A stretch of 64,000 nucleotides of DNA from Nitrospirales bacterium (GTDB lineage: Bacteria > Nitrospirota > Nitrospiria > Nitrospirales > UBA8639): NCBI GenBank assembly GCA_965223295.1, contig CBDCWC010000002.1, positions 1-64,000 of the forward strand. Direction: 5' to 3'. This document shows, piece by piece, positions 19,026 to 28,052 of the stretch; the stretch's first letter is position 1, and each line of letters starts with the position of its first letter. Below the pieces are notes generated by a model. That model was not told the DNA's origin. It was given only the letters and a program-made list of their open reading frames with translations, and ran no database searches. A program made the position numbers and the translations under genes.

Positions 19026-19592
19026 TCAGGTAGAGGGATATTCATGTTCTCGGCAGATGAGTTGAATGTCTTTTTCGGTGAGAGTTTCCTGGGTCAATCC
19101 GCAGAGATATCCTCCTGGATGATGTTCATTAAAGCGGCAGGTATGGCAGGCGGCAAAGGTCTTCTGGTTGTTCTGCTGTTGGAGTCCCCGCAAGATTGAC
19201 CGAAGATTTTCTTCAAGGTCTTGAGCCTGTGACGTCGTTGTTTTCGTCAGTGCACGTTTAAGACCTTTTTCCGGAATTGATTGTTGAATAAGTTTTCTGC
19301 CTTTAGCGGTTGGGATCAAGTGAATCACGCGTTTGTCCTCTGCATCTTGCCGTTTTCGCAATAAGCCTTTCTCTTCTAATATTTTCAGCGACTGAGATAC
19401 GGTTCCTTTTGTTAATCCCAGAAATTCCGTGACAGCTAGTGGTGTATCTGAATAGCGGTTGCATTGGGTGAGATAGGTCAGCGCTTCAATTTGTACGGGC
19501 TGCAGCCCATGCTTGAGGCCAAAAGTGCGAGTCTCGATCCGAAGAAGATTGGCAAGCCGCTCAAGGATGTCCTGGATGCCCTGCACAGACAT
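19026..19592 (-). CDS. MarR-family regulator with Cys-rich C-terminus
   Basis: LTKGTVSQSLKILEEKG, DKR; CHTC...CGLT...IC. Confidence 0.9.
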   Translation of the reverse strand: MSVQGIQDILERLANLLRIETRTFGLKHGLQPVQIEALTYLTQCNRYSDTPLAVTEFLGLTKGTVSQSLKILEEKGLLRKRQDAEDKRVIHLIPTAKGRKLIQQSIPEKGLKRALTKTTTSQAQDLEENLRSILRGLQQQNNQKTFAACHTCRFNEHHPGGYLCGLTQETLTEKDIQLICREHEYPST

Positions 19593-19601
19593 GCCTTAAT
19601 T

Positions 19602-19674
19602 GTATCGCTTCGATACGGTGTTGACAAACATCTATCGTTATGTGATGATGTTGTGTAGTATCGAATCAATACTA
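19602..19674. promoter_or_regulatory. Divergent promoter with two probable MarR operators
   Basis: GTATCG-ctt-CGATAC (19602-19616) and TAGTATcgaatcaATACTA (19656-19674) flank TTGACA at 19621. Confidence 0.65.
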
Positions 19675-19710
19675 AATGAACTTTTTGCTCATTTGTGGAA
19701 GGAGGTAGAG

Positions 19711-19956
19711 ATGAAGCAAGCAGTGTTTTATCATGCAGAATGTCCGGTTTGTGTGGAGGCAGAGGGAATGGTGGCTCGTGCGATTGATGCCTCACGATAT
19801 GAGGTGGAGGTGGTGCATCTCGCTCAACATCCAGGTCGAGTGGCAGAAGCCGAAGCCGTAGGCGTGAAATCTGTGCCTGCGCTGGTCTTAGAGAGCCAGG
19901 TCTTCCACATCAACTTTGGTGCATCTATGGCTGATGTGAAAGGCGTATCCAAGTAA
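19711..19956 (+). CDS. Small thioredoxin/glutaredoxin-like protein
   Basis: CPVC, GVKSVPAL; GGAGG RBS. Confidence 0.85.
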   Translation: MKQAVFYHAECPVCVEAEGMVARAIDASRYEVEVVHLAQHPGRVAEAEAVGVKSVPALVLESQVFHINFGASMADVKGVSK

Positions 19957-20086
19957 TCTCGGCTACCTTCAGCTAAGACAATTCAAGGTTTGGTTTTGAA
20001 GAGAGGGCAAGACTAGGGTGAGAGGCAAGAGTTTTGGAATGAGTGCAGACTTTGTCTGAAAACCATAAAAATAATGGAGGAAAGTA

Positions 20087-20545
20087 ATGAGTGTATGTGT
20101 ACAAGCTCTGAAAGCGTATGTGGTCGCCGGGTTACTACTTATGATGGTAGGTTGTTCTGCAAACGGGTCTCCAGTTGGAAGTCCTGCGACATCCTTATAT
20201 GATCGGTTAGGTGGAAAAACAGCGATTGCCGCAGTGGTTGAGGAATTCGTTGGAAACGTGGCTAAGGATAATCGGATTAATGGCCGTTTTGCCACAACTG
20301 ACATCGATCGATTGAAGATGCATCTCGTGAATCAAGTCTGTTCGGCCTCGGGAGGTCCTTGTGTTTATACGGGTCGAACGATGAAAGACACGCACGCAGG
20401 AATGCGTATCAGTGAGAAGGATTTTGCCGCGTTGGCTGAAGATTTGGTGCAGGCGCTGAATACCTTCAAGGTGCCGGCCAAGGAACAAAAGGAATTGCTT
20501 GCCTTGTTGACTCCGATGAAACCCGACATTGTCGAAGTGCCTTAA
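20087..20545 (+). CDS. Group 1 truncated hemoglobin with lipoprotein-type signal
   Basis: SLYDRLGG, GGPCVYTGRTMKDTHAGM; lipobox-like MVGC. Confidence 0.9.
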   Translation: MSVCVQALKAYVVAGLLLMMVGCSANGSPVGSPATSLYDRLGGKTAIAAVVEEFVGNVAKDNRINGRFATTDIDRLKMHLVNQVCSASGGPCVYTGRTMKDTHAGMRISEKDFAALAEDLVQALNTFKVPAKEQKELLALLTPMKPDIVEVP

Positions 20546-20571
20546 AGATAGCCTGAAATTTCTTTCCCGTG

Positions 20572-20606
20572 TGTCAGGCTGGTCTTTTTGCGAGGTCAGC
20601 CTGACA
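20572..20606. terminator. Hairpin between convergent genes
   Basis: tgtcaggctggtct-ttttgcg-aggtcagcctgaca, 14-bp stem with two G-T pairs. Confidence 0.6.
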
Positions 20607-20617
20607 TTGCTTTTCCT

Positions 20618-22162
20618 TTATTCCGTGACCGTCCTGTTCCCAGCATAGTTAATGCCGGTGAGGTCAGCGATTTCGCGTTTCCAGGTGGTGAGGTCTTCTG
20701 GTGAGAAATCTTTGAGATGATGATGGCCGCAGGCTCGGGCCATGACTTGCATGAGTTCCACTGACGCGCCGAAAAAGTTGGCCAGTTGTTTGGCGCTTTT
20801 TTCGACATCTAGTAGTTTTCGGAGCTCGGGTTTTTGAGTAGCGATGCCGGCGGGACAATTATTGGTATTGCAAATGCGCGCCCCGACACAGCCAATGGCT
20901 TGCATGGCGCTATTGGCCAGCGCAATTCCATCAGCGCCTAAGGCCAGAGCTTTCACAAAGTCGCTGGGAACGCGTAGACCGCCTGTTGCAATGAGTGTGA
21001 CGCGTCCACTGGCCTTTTGTTTATCCAAATAGGCGCGGGCTCGAGCTAACGCGGGAATGGTCGGGACACTAATATGATCTCGAAAGATCAGCGGTGCCGC
21101 GCCAGTGCCGCCACCTCGGCCATCAAGAATAATATAGTCGACTCCTGCCTGAAGGGCGAATTCGATATCCAACTCGATATGATTGGCGCTGAGTTTAAAT
21201 CCAATTGGGATACCGCCTGTCACCTCTCGAACTCGATCAGCAAATGTGGCGAAGTCTTGAGGTGTGGTTAAGTCGTCAAATGTAGGTGGGGAGATGGCTG
21301 GTTGACCTTCAGGAATGCCCCGAACTTGAGAAATTTTACCAATGTTTTTGGCCGCCGGGAGATGCCCGCCCGTGCCGGTTTTAGCACCTTGTCCACCTTT
21401 GAAATGAAAAGCTTGCACGGTCTTCAGAAGCTCTTCTTTATATCCAAATTTAGCACTGGCTAATTCATAGAAGTATCGGCTATTGGCTTGCTGCTCTTCC
21501 GGTAACATGCCGCCTTCACCTGAGCAGATACCAGTTCCAGCTAATTCGGCTCCTCTGGCCATCGCCACCTTGGCTTCTTCGGACAACGCGCCAAAACTCA
21601 TATCTGAGACAAACAGCGGAATCTTGAGCTCCAGGGGTTTTTTGGCCTCTGGGCCAATAATGAGATTCGTACCTACTGGTATATCTTCAAACAAGGGCTT
21701 GCGATGTACTTGTGCCACCAATATTTGAATATCATCCCATGTGGGCAATTGCTCTCTGGGAACTCCCATGGCACCCATGGGCCCGTGATGCCCCATCTTA
21801 CTAAGGCCTTCCCGTGCAAGCTGGTGAATAAAGGCCACATGGGGTTCCTCTGCCGTCGGTTCGGCCTGGGGAGCCGCTTGGCTGGTGTCGATGCCGGGGC
21901 CTTCTTTACCAATTTGGTCATTCTTGAATTTCTTATGTGTGCCGTCACAGTAGGGGAGATTCTTGGAATGTTTGCAGGCGCAGAGATACGCTTCTTCATC
22001 CTCATCGGCGGTAAAAGCTTTTGGGGTAAAAGTCGTACCGGCATGTGAGCCATCACAAAAGGGTTGCGTCTTCGATCGCCCGCAGGTGCAGAAATAATAT
22101 TCCTCGCCTTTCTTGAGATTCACAACCTGAGGTCGGTTATCTGCGATAATCGGTTGAGACAT
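20618..22162 (-). CDS. Two CDGSH Fe-S domains fused to an FMN glutamate-synthase-like domain
   Basis: CTCGRS..PFCDGSH, CACKHS..PYCDGTH, MSFGALS, SGEGG, GQGAK, C-terminal C-x5-C-x4-C. Confidence 0.9.
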   Translation of the reverse strand: MSQPIIADNRPQVVNLKKGEEYYFCTCGRSKTQPFCDGSHAGTTFTPKAFTADEDEEAYLCACKHSKNLPYCDGTHKKFKNDQIGKEGPGIDTSQAAPQAEPTAEEPHVAFIHQLAREGLSKMGHHGPMGAMGVPREQLPTWDDIQILVAQVHRKPLFEDIPVGTNLIIGPEAKKPLELKIPLFVSDMSFGALSEEAKVAMARGAELAGTGICSGEGGMLPEEQQANSRYFYELASAKFGYKEELLKTVQAFHFKGGQGAKTGTGGHLPAAKNIGKISQVRGIPEGQPAISPPTFDDLTTPQDFATFADRVREVTGGIPIGFKLSANHIELDIEFALQAGVDYIILDGRGGGTGAAPLIFRDHISVPTIPALARARAYLDKQKASGRVTLIATGGLRVPSDFVKALALGADGIALANSAMQAIGCVGARICNTNNCPAGIATQKPELRKLLDVEKSAKQLANFFGASVELMQVMARACGHHHLKDFSPEDLTTWKREIADLTGINYAGNRTVTE

Positions 22163-22371
22163 GAGAGATTTCCTTCTTAATAGTAGATTGAACGGATGGG
22201 ATGTCGTGAGACATTGATGGGGTCTCGTTGACTGTCCGTGATAGTCTTAACAAAAGGTTGTTGAGTCTGTCGACAATTGATTAGCACAGGATTCACCACA
22301 TGGCAGACCATGGCTGTACTTTTGGTGACGCCTTGGGTACATTGCATTCGAGTCAAAGAGCACACTAATCT

Positions 22372-22917
22372 ATGAGTGAAGAACTCGAAGTCCTACAAGC
22401 CGTCGCGCGAAGACTTGCTGATGCCATGACTCCTTATATGGTAACTGGGTCGATGGCCGTGAATTTCTATGCGGTCCCCAGAATGACCCGAGATATTGAT
22501 TTAGTTGTTGAGCTGATCACAACCGATGTTGATCGATTTGTTGAACTCTTCCAGCAGGATTTCTATATCGAGAAAGAAGCTGTAGAACAGGCTGTGAAAA
22601 GTCAATCTATGTGTAACCTTATCCATTCGGCATTTTTGATTAAAGTTCATGTAGTCATTCGAAAGGACTTAGAGTACCGACGCGCTGAGTTTGCTCGACG
22701 CAAAGCTGTTCAGATTGAGGGACAAGAGGTGTTTCTTGTTGCTCCTGAAGATTTGATTCTGTCTAAACTCGAGTGGGCCAAAGAAAGTCGCTCAGAAGTC
22801 CAATTGAAAGACGTCCGCAACCTCTCTGAATCCCTGCCTGAACTTGATCACGCGTACCTGGCCTTGTGGGCCACAAAACTGGGACTTGAATCCTTGTATA
22901 GTGAGGTGATCGATTGA
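22372..22917 (+). CDS. Nucleotidyltransferase-fold protein (TA-like)
   Basis: TGSMA...PRMTRDIDL, APEDLILSKL. Confidence 0.78.
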   Translation: MSEELEVLQAVARRLADAMTPYMVTGSMAVNFYAVPRMTRDIDLVVELITTDVDRFVELFQQDFYIEKEAVEQAVKSQSMCNLIHSAFLIKVHVVIRKDLEYRRAEFARRKAVQIEGQEVFLVAPEDLILSKLEWAKESRSEVQLKDVRNLSESLPELDHAYLALWATKLGLESLYSEVID

Positions 22918-23180
22918 ACGATACGACCCCTTTGATGGAACAACGTTTTCGCACGTTGCTCATGGCTCGGTCAGGAGAGGAACGGCTGAAGATGGGATGT
23001 TCCATGCATGCGACCGCCACCGCACTCGTCCGTGCTGCTATTCTTGCGAAAGATCCAAGCATTTCTCCGGCGGAGATGCGACAAGAACTCTTCCTTCGCT
23101 TTTACCGCCATGACTTTGATCCACTCACCCAGCAGAAAATTCTCAAACACGTGGTAGAGCTCACGGAGCTCCAGTCTTAG
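22914..23180 (+). CDS. Small helical protein, probable TA partner
   Basis: 4-bp overlap with upstream gene; SGEERLKMG..M, ELFLRFY. Confidence 0.68.
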   Translation: MNDTTPLMEQRFRTLLMARSGEERLKMGCSMHATATALVRAAILAKDPSISPAEMRQELFLRFYRHDFDPLTQQKILKHVVELTELQS

Positions 23181-23248
23181 AGGCGAAGAATATTGGCCAA
23201 TGAGTCATTTGCTGTCGAGATAGGGGGAAGCTTCCACTTCTCTTCCAC

Positions 23249-24172
23249 CTACATCAACACGCCATCTTTGGGTTCTATTGGAGAAGGTATCGACGTTTCG
23301 CCAAGCTGCTGCCTCAAGTCAATCTCGATATTACGGCATATGGCATTCATGGGGACATCCTCGTGTTTCCCATCAAAGGGATCTTCTGTGCGATGTCCCA
23401 TTCGTTCGATGACGGTGAACATCGTCGCGAGTAAGAGGTACACAGGAATCGTTTCCCACCCAAGGTGGGTGACCAGTGAAAAGGGTAGGAGGAGGAGAAA
23501 CATCCAGACAAACATTTTGGTGAAAAATCCATATTGACGTGGCAAGGGGGTATTTTTAATACGTTCACAGGTTCCCTGTGCATCGTACAATATCTTGATT
23601 GAGTTCATTAGTCCCATCACGTAGGCTCGTGGTTCAATCCATCCGGCTTGAGCAAGTTCGGCCAATCGTTGAGATTGCCGATGATTGATTTGAGTGGCCT
23701 TGTTTCTTTGATTCTCCAACTGTTGCCATTCATGGTCTGGTAATAACGGAGCAAGGTCGTTCCATGTGTTATTGCTCTGTAGTTGCAACCGTAAGGCATG
23801 GAGATATGCCAACTGTCGATAGATCACTTCTTGATGGACGTGTTGGAGGTCTGACTCTACAGCCGTAGCGTCTGGCAGAGGATGGATATATGCCAGCACT
23901 TGCGAGGCAAAGTTTCTAGATGTATTTGTAAGTTGGCCCCATGCCTTCCTGGCTTCCCAAAACCGTTCATAGGCTGAATTATTTCGAAATCCTAGTACGA
24001 TGGCGACGGCTGTGCCAAAGACACTGATGCCGGTGAATGGAAACGCCAATTGTTCGAAAAAGAATGCTAAATGGAGAATGCAGACGAAAGAGACATACAC
24101 CGTAAAGAACAACAGAGTCCACCCATCGATTTTCAAAAACCACTTGAGCGGAATTGTTTGACGAACAATCAT
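23249..24172 (-). CDS. Bestrophin-family anion channel
   Basis: LGFRNNSAYERFWEARKAWG, CERIKNTPLP, EDPF. Confidence 0.93.
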   Translation of the reverse strand: MIVRQTIPLKWFLKIDGWTLLFFTVYVSFVCILHLAFFFEQLAFPFTGISVFGTAVAIVLGFRNNSAYERFWEARKAWGQLTNTSRNFASQVLAYIHPLPDATAVESDLQHVHQEVIYRQLAYLHALRLQLQSNNTWNDLAPLLPDHEWQQLENQRNKATQINHRQSQRLAELAQAGWIEPRAYVMGLMNSIKILYDAQGTCERIKNTPLPRQYGFFTKMFVWMFLLLLPFSLVTHLGWETIPVYLLLATMFTVIERMGHRTEDPFDGKHEDVPMNAICRNIEIDLRQQLGETSIPSPIEPKDGVLM

Positions 24173-24715
24173 AAATTGCGCATCTGATTGTTAGAGAGCG
24201 TCGTCGCTTCGACTGAGTGCATACGCCACTTATTGAAAGAACATGCGATTAGGTTTTGATGGTGGATGAAGGGCTTTTGGAAGCTTGTGGAGCGATAAAC
24301 TCTTTCTGCTCCTGATCATACACCCAGACTTCCCCACTGTGGAGGCAATAAACCCATCCATGTAAATTGAGTGCCCCACGCCGAAGCCTAGACACGATTG
24401 TGGGATGTGTTCGCAGATGATCAAGTTGGACCAAGACGTTTTCTTTAATTGTGGTCGAAAATCGGTTATCGGTGTTCAAGTCCGCAAAATTCTCTTCCAC
24501 AACCTTGCGGGTTGATTCAGCATGAATCAACCAATGTCTGACCGCCGGAAGACTCTCCAGTTCTTTAGGCTCTGCTAGAGCCTTCATGGCTCCGCAATCT
24601 GAATGCCCACATACCACGATATCTGACACATTCAGGACCGCAACCCTGGCGTGCCCCCTTTAAACGGCTCCGAGGCCTATGTTACAGGCTAGGGCATATA
24701 AAAAAGGAGGGTATC

Positions 24716-24994
24716 ATGGCACGTGTGAAGTACTCGGTTGAACAAATCATTCACAAACTGCGGGAAGCGGAGGTCCTGTTGGGGCAAGGGCAGACCGTCA
24801 AAGACATTTGTCGGAAGTGGAATATCACCGATCCCACCTACTATCGGTGGCGGCAGGAATATGGTGGACTGAAACTTGATCAGGCGAAACGACTCAAAGA
24901 CTTGGAGCGCGAGAATGCCCGCTTGAAGCGAGCCGTGGCAGATCTCACCCTGGATAAATTGATTCTGAAGGAAGCAGCTGAGGGAAACTTCTAA
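24716..24994 (+). CDS. IS3 transposase OrfA
   Basis: [35 protein letters not shown] slippery site at 3' end. Confidence 0.93.
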   Translation: MARVKYSVEQIIHKLREAEVLLGQGQTVKDICRKWNITDPTYYRWRQEYGGLKLDQAKRLKDLERENARLKRAVADLTLDKLILKEAAEGNF

Positions 24995-25044
24995 GCCCCA
25001 CCCGACGCCGCCGAGCCGTTCACACCATTGGGCAACGACTGAGG

Positions 25045-25827
25045 GTGGCGGAACGGCGGACGTGCCAGGTGCTGGGGCAACCTCGATCGACACAGCGGTA
25101 TCAGGCTCAGGTCCGAGGGGACGAAGAAGCGTTAACTAAAACGATTGTGCGGCTGGCTCGAAAGTATGGGCGCTATGGCTACCGACGCATCACCGCGTTG
25201 GTTCGAGTCGAGGGCTGGCACGTGAATCATAAACGCGTGGAACGGATTTGGCGGCGGGAAGGCTTAAAAGTGCCGAAGAAGCAACCCAAACGGGGGCGAC
25301 TCTGGATCAACAAGGACTCCTGTGTGCGGCTCCAGCCTCAACATCCAAATCATGTCTGGGCCTACGATTTTGTGGCCACGCGGACCCATGATGGTCGCCC
25401 GGTACGCTTGCTGACCATTGTCGATGAATATACCCGAGAATGTTTGGCTATTGAGGTCGCTCGGCATCTTCGAGCCGATGATGTGCTACATCGGCTGGCT
25501 GAGCTGTTTCTGCAGCACGGTTGTCCGGGATATATTCGTTCGGATAACGGCCCAGAATTTACCGCGAAGGCTGTTCGACAATGGCTCGCCCAGCTAGGGG
25601 TCGGCACCTTGTTTATCGAACCAGGCAGCCCCTGGGAGAATGGCTATAATGAGAGTTTGAATGGCAAACTGCGGGATGAGCTCTTGAACGGGGAAATCTT
25701 CTATACGCTCCGGGAAGCGCAAGTGCTCATCGAATGGTGGCGGCAACACTATAAGCAGGTGCGTCCCCATAGCGCTTTAGGATACAAACCACCAACCCCT
25801 GAGGCATTAATTCCAAAATGCGCTTAA
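25045..25827 (+). CDS. IS3 transposase OrfB (DDE), -1 frame to OrfA
   Basis: [34 protein letters not shown]. Confidence 0.93.
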   Translation: MAERRTCQVLGQPRSTQRYQAQVRGDEEALTKTIVRLARKYGRYGYRRITALVRVEGWHVNHKRVERIWRREGLKVPKKQPKRGRLWINKDSCVRLQPQHPNHVWAYDFVATRTHDGRPVRLLTIVDEYTRECLAIEVARHLRADDVLHRLAELFLQHGCPGYIRSDNGPEFTAKAVRQWLAQLGVGTLFIEPGSPWENGYNESLNGKLRDELLNGEIFYTLREAQVLIEWWRQHYKQVRPHSALGYKPPTPEALIPKCA

Positions 25828-26194
25828 AGCTGCATGCACACTGGAACAATCACTGGGGGCACGTCAACCCCATATTCAATTGTGGCTGTGATGCCTCCAA
25901 ATTGCGAACCGTAAGGAGGTACTAAGTTGCCAGCATTTCGAATGATAAACAAGTCACCTGGCTCAGAGTTAGTCAGTAAGGTGGGGTCAATCCGGGAATC
26001 CGAACACGTAATAAACAGCACCCTAGGGTTTTGTCCTTTAGATAATCGCGTAAATAGTTCATATTTTTTCGGAAACGTTTCTTCACGAAATTTGATAAGT
26101 CCTTGTATTAATCTATTCATTGTTTCTAAGCTCCTCGGCTATCGTATGTGTTCTGTGTGAGGATTATCTTTTTCTTATTGAAATTGATTGTTTT

Positions 26195-26581
26195 CTAAAA
26201 CATGGTGTTCGTATGTGCTGCCGTGTCTGGAATGATTTGAAGGACATCCCAGTGTTCCACGATTTTCCCCTGATCATCAAAACCGAAGATGTCCATACTG
26301 GCATAGTCATCATCTCCTGGCCACTCTTGATGACAATGCAGCACCACATAATTCCCTTCTGCCAGCGCGCGCTTCACATGAACTCGTTTGCCAGGATAGT
26401 CTTTTGCACTTTGCTCAAAAAATGTAATGAAAGCCTCTTTTCCATCACCGACAAGGGGATTATGTTGAATATAGACATCTCCGATAAACTTCTCAATCGC
26501 TTCAGCCGGTTTCCCTTTGTTAAACATCAATTCATAAAAGCTCACGGCAGTTTTTTTGTTCTGTTCCAGTTGATTATTCAT
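26195..26581 (-). CDS. SnoaL-like (NTF2) protein
   Basis: YIQHNP.VGDG, DIF.FD..GKIVEHWD; start at MNNQ. Confidence 0.88.
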   Translation of the reverse strand: MNNQLEQNKKTAVSFYELMFNKGKPAEAIEKFIGDVYIQHNPLVGDGKEAFITFFEQSAKDYPGKRVHVKRALAEGNYVVLHCHQEWPGDDDYASMDIFGFDDQGKIVEHWDVLQIIPDTAAHTNTMF

Positions 26582-26610
26582 CGACTCGATCCTCCACTGA
26601 TATCCAAGGG

Positions 26611-27414
26611 TTACCATATGTAAAAACTGGATTTTTTCCCGATAATGATTAGTTCTTCGTACGCTTTGCATGGCCCTCCGGTTTGTCCATAGCACACATG
26701 CAACGGGAGTAAGTGCTCTTCCCTGGGGTGGCAGTATCTTGCTCCAGGGGCATGACTCCAATGAAGGAGTATTTCCATTCTTGTCTCTTCACCTATCTTT
26801 CTACTGGAACAGACTTCGATTAACCAATCTTCAAACGCCTCATTTTGCGCATCTTTCATGTTTGGAGCACTGGATTGAAAGGCTTTCATATTGTGGAATG
26901 AAAAACCGGAGCCGATCATCAATGCATCGTTGAGGTCTAGCTGGGACAACGCTTTACCAATCTGAATATGTTGCATGGGATCCAATGTGTTCACCAGAGA
27001 GACCTGCACACACGGGATGTCAGCCAATGGATACATTAGCTTCAATGGCACATACAGGCCATGATCAAACCCTCGCTGATCATCAAGCTTGGCTGGTATT
27101 CCATTGGCCTCTAGTGTTTTGTGTATGTGTTGTGCCAGCTTCGGTGCGCCTGGTGCCGGATATTGAATTTCGTATGCTTCATCAGGAAATCCATAGTAGT
27201 CGTAGATGATTGGAGGTCGAGCTCCATGGATGATGGTCACAATATCCTCTTCCCAATGCGCGCTGATCACGATCATGGCAGATGGCTTTTTTATATTCTT
27301 TGCGATAGCTATGAGGCTCTCCACCTTTTCCTGATGGTCTTCATCGCCGAGAAGTGGGAGGGGACCTCCACCATGTGATAAGTACAGTGCAGACAGGTTA
27401 TTAGGGATATTCAT
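26611..27414 (-). CDS. LigB-family extradiol dioxygenase (DODA/YgiD type)
   Basis: SHGGGP, ISAHWE, RGFDHG, SFHN, HPREEHLLP. Confidence 0.92.
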   Translation of the reverse strand: MNIPNNLSALYLSHGGGPLPLLGDEDHQEKVESLIAIAKNIKKPSAMIVISAHWEEDIVTIIHGARPPIIYDYYGFPDEAYEIQYPAPGAPKLAQHIHKTLEANGIPAKLDDQRGFDHGLYVPLKLMYPLADIPCVQVSLVNTLDPMQHIQIGKALSQLDLNDALMIGSGFSFHNMKAFQSSAPNMKDAQNEAFEDWLIEVCSSRKIGEETRMEILLHWSHAPGARYCHPREEHLLPLHVCYGQTGGPCKAYEELIIIGKKSSFYIW

Positions 27415-27536
27415 GCCGGAAGACTTTCTAGCTCCGTAGTTAATACGTTATAGCGTAGCGGCTTAAGCGGCAGATCTATAAAATATCTTATCACTATGAC
27501 AGCTTCCTAACTCTCTCTGCCAGCACCTGGCAAGTG

Positions 27537-28043
27537 TTAGTCTAGCGAGTTGTAGGCTTGGGAGACTGCATAGCTGTCTTCAAACCAGTTCCAGCTTTTC
27601 ACTTTACCGCCTTCAATACGAACACGTACGGCCCAGCTGAATGTTCCCGTATTCACCCCGGACTTTGTGGTTATCCCACTCATGGTACCCACAAACATCG
27701 CTTGATTGGCCTTGACAAAGCTGAAGTCAGTGGTCCAACTAGTAATTTTCAATCCTGAACCAAAGGCCGGTAGAAAGATATTCAATACAGTCTCTCTACC
27801 TTCCCAGTTGCCGATCCAGGGTATGTTCGTGTCACCTTCATTGTGCCAGACAAAATCATCACTCATCAGAGCTCGCAACTTGTCTTTATCTCCAGCTCCA
27901 GCTGCATCAAGAAAGGATTGTGCAATTGCCAGAGTTGCATTGGTTGATTCCTGGGCTCTCGGGACAGCCGTGGGAATCATGACAAGCACACCCAGTAGTG
28001 TGACTAGGAGAGCCCCTAACAACTTAGGGTAGGCTGGCTTCAT
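27537..28043 (-). CDS. Secreted SnoaL-like protein
   Basis: Signal peptide; DFVWH..G...PW.G, GKV...WFEDS. Confidence 0.8.
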   Translation of the reverse strand: MKPAYPKLLGALLVTLLGVLVMIPTAVPRAQESTNATLAIAQSFLDAAGAGDKDKLRALMSDDFVWHNEGDTNIPWIGNWEGRETVLNIFLPAFGSGLKITSWTTDFSFVKANQAMFVGTMSGITTKSGVNTGTFSWAVRVRIEGGKVKSWNWFEDSYAVSQAYNSLD

Positions 28044-28052
28044 GAATATCTC

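Larger units (their letters stand above)
24647..25866 (+). mobile_element. IS3-family (IS407-group-like) insertion sequence, 1220 bp
   Basis: Ends TGGCGTGCCCCC / GGGGGCACGTCA; 4-bp TSD ACCC at 24643-24646 and 25867-25870. Confidence 0.95.
24249..26120 (-). pseudogene. can: Beta-carbonic anhydrase interrupted by IS3
   Basis: N-half (CSDSR, RNAGN, 25867-26120) and C-half (CGHSDCGAM, 24249-24646) rejoin in frame as IEYGVAVLNVSDIVVCGH. Confidence 0.95.

Noticed and set aside
27445-27541. attC-like pieces between the SnoaL and dioxygenase genes (CTAAC...GTTAGG; GCCGCTTAAGCC)
   Set aside because: About 38 bp with imperfect core sites; better explained as a simple hairpin
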